From the NCBI GenBank assembly GCA_013334655.1, contig JAAXXD010000002.1:6319-70318 (forward strand): a DNA stretch of 64,000 nt. Reading direction: 5' to 3'. Positions 39,943-52,104 of this stretch are shown one piece after another. The stretch is from Chlorobaculum sp. (GTDB lineage: Bacteria; Bacteroidota; Chlorobiia; Chlorobiales; Chlorobiaceae). Made by a program: the position numbers and the translations under genes. Below the pieces are notes generated by a model. It was not told where the DNA came from and ran no database searches. It saw only the letters and a list, made by a program, of their open reading frames with translations. Numbering within the stretch: position 1 is the first letter of the stretch; each line of letters opens with the position of its first letter.

Positions 39943-42390
39943 ATGAAAGTCTTTATCAGTTCAACTTACAAGGATTTGATCGACTACCGCGCCGCCGCGA
40001 TTCGCGCCGTGGAGGGGACGAATTATCAAGCGGGAAAAATGGAAATCTTCGGCGCTCGTTCTGAAGAGCCGGTGGATGCTTGTCTGAAAGAGGTCGAGGA
40101 GTGTGAGATATTCATTGGCATTTATGCCCTTCGCTACGGGTTTGTCCCTGACGGCTCGGACATTTCCATTACCGAGATGGAATATCTTCACGCAAAAGGA
40201 CAGGGCAAGACGATCTATTGCTTTTTGCTGGATGAGGAAAATCAGGGCTGGCTTACAAAATGGATCGATGACGAACCGGGAAAATCAAAACTTAGGGATT
40301 TAAAACAACGAGTTCAGAAAGCTCTTGTTTGCGATTATTTCACCACGCCTGACGATTTGAGAGCAAAAGTTGCCAATGCTTTGAGCCATTTCGTTGCCAA
40401 CCACAATGATCCATCGGTTTTCGGGCCACACTTTCCACTTCCCAAACCTACAGGCAACTCGCTTCCGCGAGAGGGATTCTTTGTCGGTCGAGACGCGGAG
40501 CGCAAGATCATCGCTGAAGCGTTGTCGCCGGAGTCGCGCACGTGGGGGGCGCTGATCGATGGGCCGGGAGGTATCGGCAAGACGGCGTTGGCTATCAAAG
40601 CCGCGCACGAAGCGCCAGAGGGTTTGTTTGAACGCAAGATTTTCATCTCCGCAAAGGTTCGCGAACTGACATCGGATGGCGAAAAGCCGCTGACCGATTT
40701 CACTCGCCCGACTTACCTTGCGATGCTTGACGAATTGGGTAAGGAGCTGGGCGAACAGAATCTGGAGCGACTCGCCCCCGACGAACGCCCGAATGTTCTG
40801 CGGCTCGCGCTGGCGGACAAAAGGGCGCTGATCGTGTTCGACAATCTGGAAACCTTGCCCGAAGAGGAGCGCACGCGCCTGTTCCAGTTCCTCTCGCGCC
40901 TGCCTGATGGAAACAAAGCCATCGTCACCTCGCGCCGCCGCACGGATGTTGATGCCCGCATCGTGCGGCTCGACCGCCTGTCGCGCGACGAAGCGATGGA
41001 GCTGATCGCCGAGCTTGCGAAAAAATATCAGAAGCTTGCTCGCGCCTCGGAGAAAGAGCGCAATGATCTGTACTCCATGACGCACGGCAATCCGCTGCTC
41101 ATTCGCTGGATTGCCGGGCAGTTGGGGCGTCCCGGCTCGCAGTGCCGCACCATTGCCGACGCCTGCGCATTCATCGAAAAAGCCCCCAAAGGCAACGATC
41201 CGCTCGAATACATTTTCGGTGATCTGCTGGAGATCTTTACCGAAAACGAGACGCTCGTCCTCGCCGCTTTGACATATTTCTCCAAACCAGCCAAACTGCA
41301 ATGGCTGTCGCAAATGGCAGGCTTGCCCGAACGTGCCGCCGAAACGGCGCTGGAAGATTTGGCTTATCGTGCAATCTTGATCTCTAATCTCGAAGCTCAG
41401 ACGTTTTATTTGCCACCTCTTGCTGCAAGATTTATCAAAACCTGCCGCTCCGAAGTCGTTAGCCAGACAGGTAATGCGTTGTTAAAACGATCCTATGCCC
41501 TTTCAATGCAATATGGGGGGAGGGACAACTTTGATCGCTTAACACTGGAAGCAGAATGGGGGCTTATTTCTGCGGCTTTACCGGGAATGTTGCTTGGAGA
41601 CACTAAACGCTTTCAAATAATGTGCGATCAACTGGATAAATTTATGAATTATTCTGGTCGCTGGGATGATCGTATTTGGCTTTGTGAACAAGCTGAAAAA
41701 CAGGCTATTTCCATTAATGATAAAGATATTGCGGGTTGGCGCTCACATCACGCAGGAATAACATATTTTAGACGTAACCAGTCCACGGAAGTACTTGCGT
41801 GTGCCGATCGTATTGCCGACCACTGGCAAGGGAGCACTCCTCGCAAGAAAGCAATTGCTATTCGGTTGCGTGGACTTGGCCAAATTTTAAAAAAAGATTA
41901 TCCAGCCGCTATCACGGCTTATTGGCAAGCCTTGAATATGTACCTGTCTATTTCGTCAGAAAGTAAAGATGTTGTCGTTGCGTTGAATGACTTAGCAAAT
42001 GCAGAAGATGCTAATAAGGACAAAGTGGCTGCTGAGCGACATTATAGAGAAGCGATAAGAATCTCAAATAAAATCAATTATCAGGAAGGCGTCGCTTCCT
42101 CGACAGGTAATTTAGCTGAGCTTACCCTTGATCTCGACCAATGGGAAGAAGCTGAAATTCTTTCTCGAGAAGCACTTGCAATAGCTGAAAAAATAGAAAG
42201 TATAGAAGTTATTGCTTTTACATCTCGCGTTCTTTCTAAAGCATTGCTAAAACGAAATCTCAATCTTTCAGAAGCTAAATGTTTTGCTCGTCGTTCTATC
42301 GAGATTTACACACACTTGCGAGTGTTAGATGAAATAAATATATCTCAGCAAACCCTCGCGGAGATCGAGAAAGCAATGCGCGGCGAGTGA
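39943..42390 (+). CDS. DUF4062 + STAND (NB-ARC-like) ATPase + TPR protein
   Basis: MKVFISSTYKDL..R, RYGFVP...SITEMEY; FVGR, IDGPGGIGKT, VFDNLE, VTSR, GNPL; C-terminal TPRs; AAGGAG RBS. Confidence 0.88.
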   Translation: MKVFISSTYKDLIDYRAAAIRAVEGTNYQAGKMEIFGARSEEPVDACLKEVEECEIFIGIYALRYGFVPDGSDISITEMEYLHAKGQGKTIYCFLLDEENQGWLTKWIDDEPGKSKLRDLKQRVQKALVCDYFTTPDDLRAKVANALSHFVANHNDPSVFGPHFPLPKPTGNSLPREGFFVGRDAERKIIAEALSPESRTWGALIDGPGGIGKTALAIKAAHEAPEGLFERKIFISAKVRELTSDGEKPLTDFTRPTYLAMLDELGKELGEQNLERLAPDERPNVLRLALADKRALIVFDNLETLPEEERTRLFQFLSRLPDGNKAIVTSRRRTDVDARIVRLDRLSRDEAMELIAELAKKYQKLARASEKERNDLYSMTHGNPLLIRWIAGQLGRPGSQCRTIADACAFIEKAPKGNDPLEYIFGDLLEIFTENETLVLAALTYFSKPAKLQWLSQMAGLPERAAETALEDLAYRAILISNLEAQTFYLPPLAARFIKTCRSEVVSQTGNALLKRSYALSMQYGGRDNFDRLTLEAEWGLISAALPGMLLGDTKRFQIMCDQLDKFMNYSGRWDDRIWLCEQAEKQAISINDKDIAGWRSHHAGITYFRRNQSTEVLACADRIADHWQGSTPRKKAIAIRLRGLGQILKKDYPAAITAYWQALNMYLSISSESKDVVVALNDLANAEDANKDKVAAERHYREAIRISNKINYQEGVASSTGNLAELTLDLDQWEEAEILSREALAIAEKIESIEVIAFTSRVLSKALLKRNLNLSEAKCFARRSIEIYTHLRVLDEINISQQTLAEIEKAMRGE

Positions 42391-42432
42391 GCGTATTTCT
42401 ATCATCCATCATAATCCCATTTCAGTAGTTCA

Positions 42433-42882
42433 ATGCAAAGAAAAGACAAAGCTCTCCAACTCTTCAGCAACCGTTGCAATTGCAGCCAAGCGGTGTTTGC
42501 GGCTTTTCGGCGGGCGGAGGTGCTGGACGAAGCGAGCGCGTTGCGGTTGGCGACGATGTTTGGCGGCGGCTTAGCCGGGGCGGGCGGCGGGATGTGTGGC
42601 GCGGTGAGCGGGGCGCTGATGGCGTTGTCGATGCGCTTCGGCATGGGCGGCATCGGGGAGCTGGCGAACAAATCGAAAACTTACGAGCTTGGGCGGCAGT
42701 TCATGGCGGAGTTCGAGAAACGCATCGGTTCATGCCGCTGCGAATCGATTCTTGGCCTCAACATCGGCGAGCCGGAAAGCCTGCAAAAAGCTCGCGAGCT
42801 GAAGCTCTTCGAAACGGTGTGCGTTGATGCTGTCGGCACAGCGTGCGATATTCTGGAGGAGATGTTGAGAGCGGAGGAATGA
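42433..42882 (+). CDS. C_GCAxxG_C_C family putative redox protein
   Basis: NCSQAV, FGGG, GMCGAVSGA, C...C. Confidence 0.85.
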   Translation: MQRKDKALQLFSNRCNCSQAVFAAFRRAEVLDEASALRLATMFGGGLAGAGGGMCGAVSGALMALSMRFGMGGIGELANKSKTYELGRQFMAEFEKRIGSCRCESILGLNIGEPESLQKARELKLFETVCVDAVGTACDILEEMLRAEE

Positions 42883-42883
42883 A

Positions 42884-42918
42884 CTGGATTGCCGCTTCGC
42901 TTCGCTCCTCGCAATGAC
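42884..42918. repeat. GGATTGC...CTCGCAATGAC-family repeat
   Basis: CTGGATTGCCGCTTCGCTTCGCTCCTCGCAATGAC. Confidence 0.7.
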
Positions 42919-43012
42919 ATGGAAGCGTCGCAATCATCACGAATTTCCATAAAATCAAAAAGCCCCGTTCGTACTGACACGGGGCTTCTTGCGTTTTGTT
43001 GTTCGGTGGCGC

Positions 43013-44926
<1,914 letters not shown>

Positions 44927-45005
44927 GATGTTTTAAATCCTTTTGTTCAATAGTGATATAAGTTGAACGCCTCCTGCTTGTCCGGAGGCGTTCTGGATAA
45001 ATGGT

Positions 45006-45404
45006 TCAACTGATAGAAATTTCCTTGGTTTTCTTGACCGGCTGCATCTTCGGAAGCGTGATGTGCAGCACTCCGTTGTCGAAAGCCGCGCCGATGTGCT
45101 CCTGATCGATAAGTTCGCCGATGTTGAAGCTCCTCGAAAACGATCCGTAGCTCCGTTCGACCCTGTGATAATCCTTCTTTTTCTGCTCCTCGTTCTGCGA
45201 GCGCTCTGCCTTGATGGTCAGCACATCATCCTCTATGTTCAGCGAGATGTTCTCTTTGGTGAGACCAGGCAACTCGGCATCCAGATGAAACGCCTGTTCG
45301 TCTTCTGAAATATCCACCTTGAAAGAAGGCGCGGCAGGCATCTGCGCCCCGCTCCAGATATCGTCGAACAGCCGCATCGGGTCTTTGGCAATTTTCATCA
45401 ACAT
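45006..45404 (-). CDS. Hsp20/alpha-crystallin small heat-shock protein
   Basis: [31 protein letters not shown]. Confidence 0.92.
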   Translation of the reverse strand: MLMKIAKDPMRLFDDIWSGAQMPAAPSFKVDISEDEQAFHLDAELPGLTKENISLNIEDDVLTIKAERSQNEEQKKKDYHRVERSYGSFSRSFNIGELIDQEHIGAAFDNGVLHITLPKMQPVKKTKEISIS

Positions 45405-45481
45405 GGTTGTCTCCTGTTTGCTTTGTTTTAATGTTGTTCCATGGTGTTTGGCGATCATCGACCGCCTCTGCCATTATATCA

Positions 45482-45589
45482 TCAAAAGATGTGCCAAACC
45501 ATGATTTGCGATTACGAACCTGTCCGTGTCTGACATTTTTGCGGGCACGAATAATTGGTTCGACAAATTGTCATACGTTTTGTCAGACA
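45482..45589 (-). promoter_or_regulatory. sigma54-like promoter with upstream TGACA/TGTCA palindromic boxes
   Basis: Minus strand TGGCAC-ATCTT-TTGA (45496-45482); TGTCTGACA 45527-45535, GACAAATTGTC 45562-45572, TGTCAGACA 45581-45589. Confidence 0.45.
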
Positions 45590-45751
45590 TGAACAGGAGG
45601 AGATGACGACGAAAAGTGGTGCGGGAAGCGGGCGGCACAGATATTGACCGTCAACCGGAGTTGTCCGGCGACGGATGGATCGGGAATATCGGAGGTTTCG
45701 AGAAAGAGCTTGATGGGGAGGGCGCTGCTGGTCGTCAGGTCAGCGATACGT

Positions 45752-46141
45752 TCAACTTACCATATTTGAGTTCACTTTCTGAATCCAGCTCAAACGGTCC
45801 TGAAGGTTTTCAACAACACTTTTCGAGATGAGGAAGCAGGCGTAGACGATGCTTTCGTCGGAAATTCTGTAGTAGCACTTCAGCCCCTCCTTGCGGCGGT
45901 TGACTACGCCGTTGTCGTGCATGAGCGCAAGGTGCTTGGAGATGTTCGCCTGACTCGCGCCGACCTCCTTGACGATTTCTTGCACAGTGTGCTCTTTGTC
46001 GCAGAGCGTACGCAGGATTTTAAGCCTCATCGGCTCGGAAAGCAGCTTGAAGCGATTCGATACGGCGTCGAGCATTTCGTCTGGCATGTTGAACTGCCAT
46101 TTTTTAACCTCTTCTTCTGATATGGTAATCGATTTGCTCAT
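45752..46141 (-). CDS. ArsR/SmtB family transcriptional regulator
   Basis: [32 protein letters not shown]. Confidence 0.9.
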   Translation of the reverse strand: MSKSITISEEEVKKWQFNMPDEMLDAVSNRFKLLSEPMRLKILRTLCDKEHTVQEIVKEVGASQANISKHLALMHDNGVVNRRKEGLKCYYRISDESIVYACFLISKSVVENLQDRLSWIQKVNSNMVS

Positions 46142-46309
46142 GTCAAAATCACTTTAATAATCCATTGAACCATTCAACGGTATGAATAAGAAACTCATTC
46201 AAATATATGCTTATTTAATCATATTAATCAAACCAAAAACACAGATACAGTGCATTCATTTCATGAATGCCGAAAGTTCAAGGGAAATACGGCATCGGAA
46301 GTGAAGCCC

Positions 46310-46537
46310 TCAGGAGGTGATGCTGGTCAGCCTTGTGATCGATTCGACAAGCGCTGATGGCGCCTTGACGCGGACGAAGCGCTCTCGAATGATGATTTTG
46401 GTTTTTTTTGCATCCTGAAATTCAGCCCGGCATTCAGGACACTCAGCAAGGTGCTCGGCAAGCTCGACCTCTTCTTTCGGGGAAAGCTCCCCGTCGATAG
46501 CCGCGCTCATGAGCACCAACGCTTTGTTGCAATTCAT
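46310..46537 (-). CDS. zinc-finger anti-sigma factor (zf-HC2)
   Basis: MNC...IDGEL...HLAECPEC. Confidence 0.85.
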   Translation of the reverse strand: MNCNKALVLMSAAIDGELSPKEEVELAEHLAECPECRAEFQDAKKTKIIIRERFVRVKAPSALVESITRLTSITS

Positions 46538-46571
46538 GGTAGTCAACTGATAGGTTGATGTGGGTGAGGGT

Positions 46572-47168
46572 TCATTCACCGAAATTGGTGTCGTAACCGT
46601 GCTTTTTGGCGTAATCTTCAAGTTTGGTGCGCAGTAGTTTTCTTCCTCTGTACAGACGCGAACGAACCGTTCCAATCGGGCTCTCAACCATATTGGCGAT
46701 CTCTTCATACGTAAATCCTTCAATATCACACAACTGAATGACCTCCCGGAATTCGTCGGGAAGCGACTGCAATGCCTGGTATACCTCGTCGTGCAGCAGC
46801 AAGTGAAAAAAATCCGACTCGGCTTCGGTGGTATCGCTCTGTATGTCCTTGATCGTATGGTAGAAATCCTTGATCAGGTCATAATCGACTTTGCCGGGTT
46901 CCCTGGCGTTTTTGCGAAATTTGTTAATGTAGTTGTTTTTGAGGATTTTAAACAGCCACGCCTTACAGTTTGTTCCCCGTTCGAACGAATCGAAAAATTT
47001 ATACGCCTTGAGGTAGGTTTCCTGCACCAGATCTTCGGCGTCGTCCGGGTTCATCGTCAGGTGCAGCGCGTAGTTGTAGAGGGAATTGATATGCGCGACA
47101 GCCTCCTGCTGAAACTCCTGCTGCTTGATCTGTTCCTGAGTCGTGAGAATCTGTTTTTTCTCTTTCAT
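46572..47168 (-). CDS. ECF sigma-70 factor
   Basis: [25 protein letters not shown]...[11 protein letters not shown]. Confidence 0.92.
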   Translation of the reverse strand: MKEKKQILTTQEQIKQQEFQQEAVAHINSLYNYALHLTMNPDDAEDLVQETYLKAYKFFDSFERGTNCKAWLFKILKNNYINKFRKNAREPGKVDYDLIKDFYHTIKDIQSDTTEAESDFFHLLLHDEVYQALQSLPDEFREVIQLCDIEGFTYEEIANMVESPIGTVRSRLYRGRKLLRTKLEDYAKKHGYDTNFGE

Positions 47169-47352
47169 AGAGTGTATTTTTGCCGGATGCATTGAGGGGG
47201 TTACTTCTGAACAGAGCCGGAGAATAGATGACCTGCGATATTGTCGTTCATTACAAACAATATAAAAATATATCTTTAGAGAGCTTGGAGTCAAGCGCCA
47301 AATGTCGATTCTGCAAAAGAAAGCTTGACTTTATTCAATAAAATTGAAAAAG

Positions 47353-48864
47353 ATGGCGGATTCGGTTGATGTCATTGTCATTGGCGCAGGTATCGGGGGT
47401 TTGACGGCGGCGGCCTTGCTTCAGGAGCGGGGGTTTTCAACCATCGTGTTCGAAAAGAACAAATTTCCCGGCGGGAGCTGCTCTGCGTTTCAAAAGGGAG
47501 GCTTCACCTTCGATGCAGGAGCTTCGGTCTTTTACGGCTTCTGCGATGACGATGCAAAAGGCACGCTCAATTTGCATACGCGGATTTTTCGCAAGCTTGG
47601 CGTCGAGGTGCAGACGATTCCCGATCCGGTGCAGATTCACTACCATTTACCAGCGGGGTTCGAGGTCCCGGCATGGTTTGACCGCAGCCGTTTTCTCGAA
47701 GCGCTCTGCCAACGCTTTCCGCATGAGCGTAATGGTATCCGGAAATTTTACGACGAGCTTGAATCAGTCTACGAGATTCTGAATTCGCTGCCCGCCGGAT
47801 CGCTCGAAGATGCGGTGCATCTCGGGGTTGTTGGCGCCCGCCATCCGCTGAAGGCCATGTCGCTTGGGGTCAAGACGCTCTTTTCGATGGGTAAGACGGC
47901 GCGGCGATATATCAGCGATACGGTACTGCTGCGCTTCATCGATCTCGAATCCTACTCGTGGGCGGTGCAGGACGCTGTTTCGACGCCGCTCGTCAACGCG
48001 GGCATCTGCCTCGCCGACCGGCATCACGGCGGCATCAATTATCCCGTCGGCGGTTCGGGAGCCATTCCGGCGGCGCTGGTGAAGGGGATCGAGAAGTTCG
48101 GCGGATCGGTGCGCTTCCGCAGCGAAGTGGCGAAGGTGATCGTCGAAAACGGCGAGGCGGTCGGCGTCCGCCTGAGTGACGGCTCGGAGGTTCGGGCCAA
48201 AGCTGTCGTCAGTAACGCCACGGTGTGGGACACCTTCAGCAAACTCGTGGATGATCCCCGGCTGACGATTTCCGACGACCGTTTCATCAAAGCGCCAAGC
48301 TGGTTCCAGGTATGGCTCGGAGTCGATGCTTCGATCGTGCCGCCGGGATTTCACATGCATCACATTATCGTGGACGACTGGTCGAAGTACGACCGGCTTG
48401 GCGGCACGATTTACTTCTCCGCGCCATCGCTCCTCGATCCATCGCTCGCGCCGCCCGGTAAGCACACGCTGCACCTCTTCGTGACCGCCGAAACGACGCA
48501 GTGGGAAGAGTACGACTATCGGGGCGAGGAGTACAAGAGCGCCAAGGAGGCTTTTGCTCGCACTCTCATCGCGAGAGTCGAACGCCTGCTGCCCGGATTG
48601 CAGAGCGCCGTGGAACTCATGATCACCGCCACGCCGCAGAGCCACGTGCGCTACCTCAACCGCCGGGACGGTTCGTACGGCCCACTGCTCAAGCCGGGCC
48701 AGAACATCCTCCTGAAACCGCAGAACCGCACGCCGATCAAGAATTTGTATGCCGCCGGAGACAGCACTTTTCCCGGCCAAGGCGTGATTGCCGTGACCTA
48801 CTCAGGTGTTTCGTGCGCCTCGTACATAGCGAGGAAGCTGGGCAAGGCGCTGGATTACCTGTGA
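47353..48864 (+). CDS. crtH: carotenoid cis-trans isomerase CrtH
   Basis: VIGAGIGG, FDAGAS, GGINYPVGG, GDSTFPGQG; Chlorobi gene context. Confidence 0.85.
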   Translation: MADSVDVIVIGAGIGGLTAAALLQERGFSTIVFEKNKFPGGSCSAFQKGGFTFDAGASVFYGFCDDDAKGTLNLHTRIFRKLGVEVQTIPDPVQIHYHLPAGFEVPAWFDRSRFLEALCQRFPHERNGIRKFYDELESVYEILNSLPAGSLEDAVHLGVVGARHPLKAMSLGVKTLFSMGKTARRYISDTVLLRFIDLESYSWAVQDAVSTPLVNAGICLADRHHGGINYPVGGSGAIPAALVKGIEKFGGSVRFRSEVAKVIVENGEAVGVRLSDGSEVRAKAVVSNATVWDTFSKLVDDPRLTISDDRFIKAPSWFQVWLGVDASIVPPGFHMHHIIVDDWSKYDRLGGTIYFSAPSLLDPSLAPPGKHTLHLFVTAETTQWEEYDYRGEEYKSAKEAFARTLIARVERLLPGLQSAVELMITATPQSHVRYLNRRDGSYGPLLKPGQNILLKPQNRTPIKNLYAAGDSTFPGQGVIAVTYSGVSCASYIARKLGKALDYL

Positions 48865-48875
48865 GTTTTGCGAAG

Positions 48876-48973
48876 TGTGGACGTTGTGGACGGGGTGGAC
48901 AAAAGAGAAGAAACGCCTCACAATAGTTTTCTCTTACATTTGTCCACTTCGTCCACTTCGTCCACAACGTCCA
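48876..48973. repeat. inverted 9-mer (GTGGAC/GTCCAC) short tandem repeats
   Basis: GTGGACGTTGTGGACGGGGTGGAC ... GTCCACTTCGTCCACTTCGTCCACAACGTCCA between convergent genes. Confidence 0.7.
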
Positions 48974-48980
48974 GTGCTCT

Positions 48981-50204
48981 TCACGCCGTAGCGAGCAGCA
49001 TGTCGATTTCACGGTAGGGGAAATCGGTCAGTTCGGCGAGGATTTTCTTGGTGACGTACCCTTTGTAAATATAGGTGCCTTTTCGCAGGCTGTGGCTGTT
49101 CCAGAGAATTTCGGGAATGGTCTGGTGGGCGGTGAGCTTCTGGAGGAATGGCAAGAGCGTGTTGGTCAGCGCGTAGGTGGCGGTTTTGGCGACTGCCGAC
49201 GGAATGTTCGGCACGCAGTAGTGGGTTACGCCATGCTTGACGTAAATCGGGTTGGTATGCGTCGTGTGGCGGCTCGTGCCGAAGCAGGCCCCTTGATCGA
49301 TCGAGACGTCGATGATGACCGAGCCGGGCTTCATCGTCTTCACCACCTGCTCGCTCACCAGCGGTTTGATCAGCTTCAGCTTGGGGCTGAGTGCGCCGAT
49401 GATGACATCCGAAATCCGTGCGAGCTGGGCGATATAGTGCTCGTTGGCGATGGCCGTCACCAGGTGGCGGTTGAAGAAGGCTTCGAATCGCCGCAAGCGG
49501 TTGATCTCCTTGTCGATAACCGTCACCTGCGCGCCGAGGCCGAGGGCGTCCTGCGCGGCGAAGAGGCCGACCGTGCCCGCGCCGATGATGGTGACGTGCG
49601 CGGGCGGCACTCCGGCGATGCCGCCGAGCAGGATGCCGCTGCCGCCGTAGCCGGTTTCGAGGTATTTCGCCGCCGTCTGGATGGCGAGCGATCCGGCGAT
49701 CTCGCTCAGCGTCCGCACGATGGGCAGCTCTCCGTCCCTGGTCTCGATGAACTCGAAACCGAGCGCCGTGATGTTTTTGTCGATCAGCGTTTTGATCATC
49801 TGGCGGCTGACCGTACCGAGGTGAACGGCTGAAATGAGCATCTGGCCGGGCAAGAGGAGATGCAGCTCCTCGGGTTGCGGCGGCGAGACCTTGACGATGA
49901 CGTTGGCCTGCGGGTACAGCTCCTCCGGCGAAGCGGCGATGATCGCTCCGGCTTCGGCGTAATCGTGGTCGAGAAAATTGCAGAAGTGGCCCGCGTCGCT
50001 TTCAACCACCACCCGGATGCCCTGTTCGACCAGTATCTGCACCCCCGCCGGTGAGAGCGCGACCCGCCGCTCGTCCTGCGCACGCTCTTTCGGGATGGCG
50101 ATGGAGACGCTCATCGTCTTTTCCGGCTTGAGCAACCAGCGTTCGAGAGTTTTGACCCCGAGTTCGAATTCGATAGTTCCAAAGTCGGATGAGTAGCCCA
50201 TCAT
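48981..50204 (-). CDS. ald: alanine dehydrogenase family protein
   Basis: IPKE...[39 protein letters not shown]; start uncertain (50204 or 50114). Confidence 0.85.
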   Translation of the reverse strand: MMGYSSDFGTIEFELGVKTLERWLLKPEKTMSVSIAIPKERAQDERRVALSPAGVQILVEQGIRVVVESDAGHFCNFLDHDYAEAGAIIAASPEELYPQANVIVKVSPPQPEELHLLLPGQMLISAVHLGTVSRQMIKTLIDKNITALGFEFIETRDGELPIVRTLSEIAGSLAIQTAAKYLETGYGGSGILLGGIAGVPPAHVTIIGAGTVGLFAAQDALGLGAQVTVIDKEINRLRRFEAFFNRHLVTAIANEHYIAQLARISDVIIGALSPKLKLIKPLVSEQVVKTMKPGSVIIDVSIDQGACFGTSRHTTHTNPIYVKHGVTHYCVPNIPSAVAKTATYALTNTLLPFLQKLTAHQTIPEILWNSHSLRKGTYIYKGYVTKKILAELTDFPYREIDMLLATA

Positions 50205-50305
50205 CGATAAAGATCGTCAGAATTACTGAAACAGCTTTGTGCAAAGCTAAACACCGCCGGTGGCCGTCGCGATGCCCTCCGGGGGTGCTTGTTCAATCGT
50301 ATGGC

Positions 50306-50983
50306 TTATTTCGCCGAGATGGTGATGCGCTCGACCTTCTCCGCCGGTTTGTCGTGGGTGGCGCAGGTCGAACCCGGCAGATGCAACCGTCCGCCGCTGA
50401 CCGCGCACAACGCGCCAGAAGCCGTGTCGAGCGCGCCTTTGCCGACGCCACTCACCAGGTTGACTGGCGTTTGCATGAAGGGGAAGTTCTCGATGAACGT
50501 ATTGTAGACAAGCTGCGATGCCGGGCCGAGGCCGCCCGCGATCTTGCCAATCGTATCGACGGGATTGAGCCGTCCACTCTGTACTCTCGACACGATGCTC
50601 GAAACGCCTGAGGGGAGTTTGTTGGTCACGTTGTAACCAATCGTCTGCGCGTAGGTTATGAAGCCGGGAACGTTCAGGCCGAGCACGATTCGCCGGAATT
50701 TTTCAGCGCGGGTCAGCACCCGGATCGTGCCCTCCTTGACGATGGTGGTGCGGCAGGCGAGTCGTCCGCCCTCCGCAAAAAGTCTGTCGGAGACGAAGGC
50801 CTTTTCATCTTCTCCTGGCGCGGAGAGGCAGTCGGCTCCTTCGAGCACATAGACGAAGCAACTCTGGCAGATGCCGTTGCCACCGCAGATATAGCCGATG
50901 TGAGATTTGTTCTGTTTGGCGGTGTTGAGCAAGAGGTCGCCGACCTTCGCTTCGCAGGGTTTGTCGTTGATGTAGATAATCAT
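50306..50983 (-). CDS. csmJ: chlorosome envelope [2Fe-2S] protein CsmJ
   Basis: MIIYINDK, CGGNGICQSC, RLAC; 225 aa. Confidence 0.85.
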   Translation of the reverse strand: MIIYINDKPCEAKVGDLLLNTAKQNKSHIGYICGGNGICQSCFVYVLEGADCLSAPGEDEKAFVSDRLFAEGGRLACRTTIVKEGTIRVLTRAEKFRRIVLGLNVPGFITYAQTIGYNVTNKLPSGVSSIVSRVQSGRLNPVDTIGKIAGGLGPASQLVYNTFIENFPFMQTPVNLVSGVGKGALDTASGALCAVSGGRLHLPGSTCATHDKPAEKVERITISAK

Positions 50984-51156
50984 GGCGGTGAGATTGACAT
51001 TGGTGAACGAGAGCTTGAGAAATAGACGCTGAGAGTTTTGCAACGAAGAAATATACTTCAGGTTCGATGTGTTTCAAAGAATTGTTATGAATGCGATACG
51101 TCAAACAAGTAAAACATGAAAAAAGCCGGGTGCTCCGGCTTTTTTCGAGAGGAGGG

Positions 51157-51822
51157 TCAGTTGCAGGTTACGCAACTCTCCTGTTGATGCTGGAGTACTT
51201 CGGGAGAGACAACCCGGCTATGACCGTTGTCACAGGCTAACAATTTTGCAAGAAGCGACGCATCGCAGCAGTGGCCGTTGCCGACTTTTGGCTCGGCTTT
51301 TTCCGCCGGACGCTTCACTCCGAACACTGCCTGCACGGCTTCGAATACGAGGTTGATGGCGTCACCGATAGCCCCGGCGACATCGCGAAGCAGTTGCGAC
51401 GGCTCCAGCGCATATTCGCCCTGCTCACGCCTTGCCTGGAAGGCTATTGTATCGGTGAACTTGATCGCCGACTCCCACCCCATTTTGCCCATATATGTCG
51501 GAAGCTGGAGCGGATTTTCCAGGGTCATCTTTTTAGCCGCCTCGACCTCGGTGAGAATCCTGATCGTGCCGGGTTTTTCTATGAGGGTCTGGCAGGCCAT
51601 GCGCGTCCCCTCTTTGATCAGCGTATCGGAAAGCATTGACTTCTCGGCGTCGCTTATCGGTGAAAGCAGGTCATGGCCTTCGAGCACCCTGACGTAACAG
51701 GTCTGGCAAATGGCGTTACCGCCGCAGAAGTATCCTATATGGCTGTGACCGGCGCGAGCTACATCGAGTAATCTATCCCCAACCTGGGCTGAACACTCTC
51801 TGTTATTGATTGTAATGTTCAT
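51157..51822 (-). CDS. csmX: chlorosome envelope [2Fe-2S] protein CsmX
   Basis: CGGNAICQTC, RMAC; 221 aa, tandem with csmJ. Confidence 0.85.
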   Translation of the reverse strand: MNITINNRECSAQVGDRLLDVARAGHSHIGYFCGGNAICQTCYVRVLEGHDLLSPISDAEKSMLSDTLIKEGTRMACQTLIEKPGTIRILTEVEAAKKMTLENPLQLPTYMGKMGWESAIKFTDTIAFQARREQGEYALEPSQLLRDVAGAIGDAINLVFEAVQAVFGVKRPAEKAEPKVGNGHCCDASLLAKLLACDNGHSRVVSPEVLQHQQESCVTCN

Positions 51823-51919
51823 GACTGTATGATTTTATGTTTATGAAGCTGATTGCCTCATATAGCCAATAACATTTCCGGTTCAGGAAATAGTTGCAAC
51901 AATTGTTAAAGAGGACAAG

Positions 51920-52104
51920 AATGGATAATGGATAATTGACAATGGATAATGCAGGAGGTGATACCGGGTATTCTTCTTGGGAGAAAAAGGCAAAATGGAC
52001 TTCAGGAACTGAAAAAACAACAGGATCCGCGGGGCTGCATGTCCCTCCCCGCGAGTCGTAACTCAATTATCCATTATCCATTATCCATTATCAACTATCA
52101 ATTG
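51920..52104. repeat. inverted heptamer (AATGGAT/ATCCATT) tandem repeats
   Basis: AATGGATAATGGATAATTGACAATGGATAATG ... CAATTATCCATTATCCATTATCCATTATCAACTATCAATTG. Confidence 0.8.

Noticed and set aside
38932-42400. Intact integrative element or prophage at tRNA-Gln
   Set aside because: No integrase and no duplicated tRNA 3' end found by eye; only IS debris and cargo.
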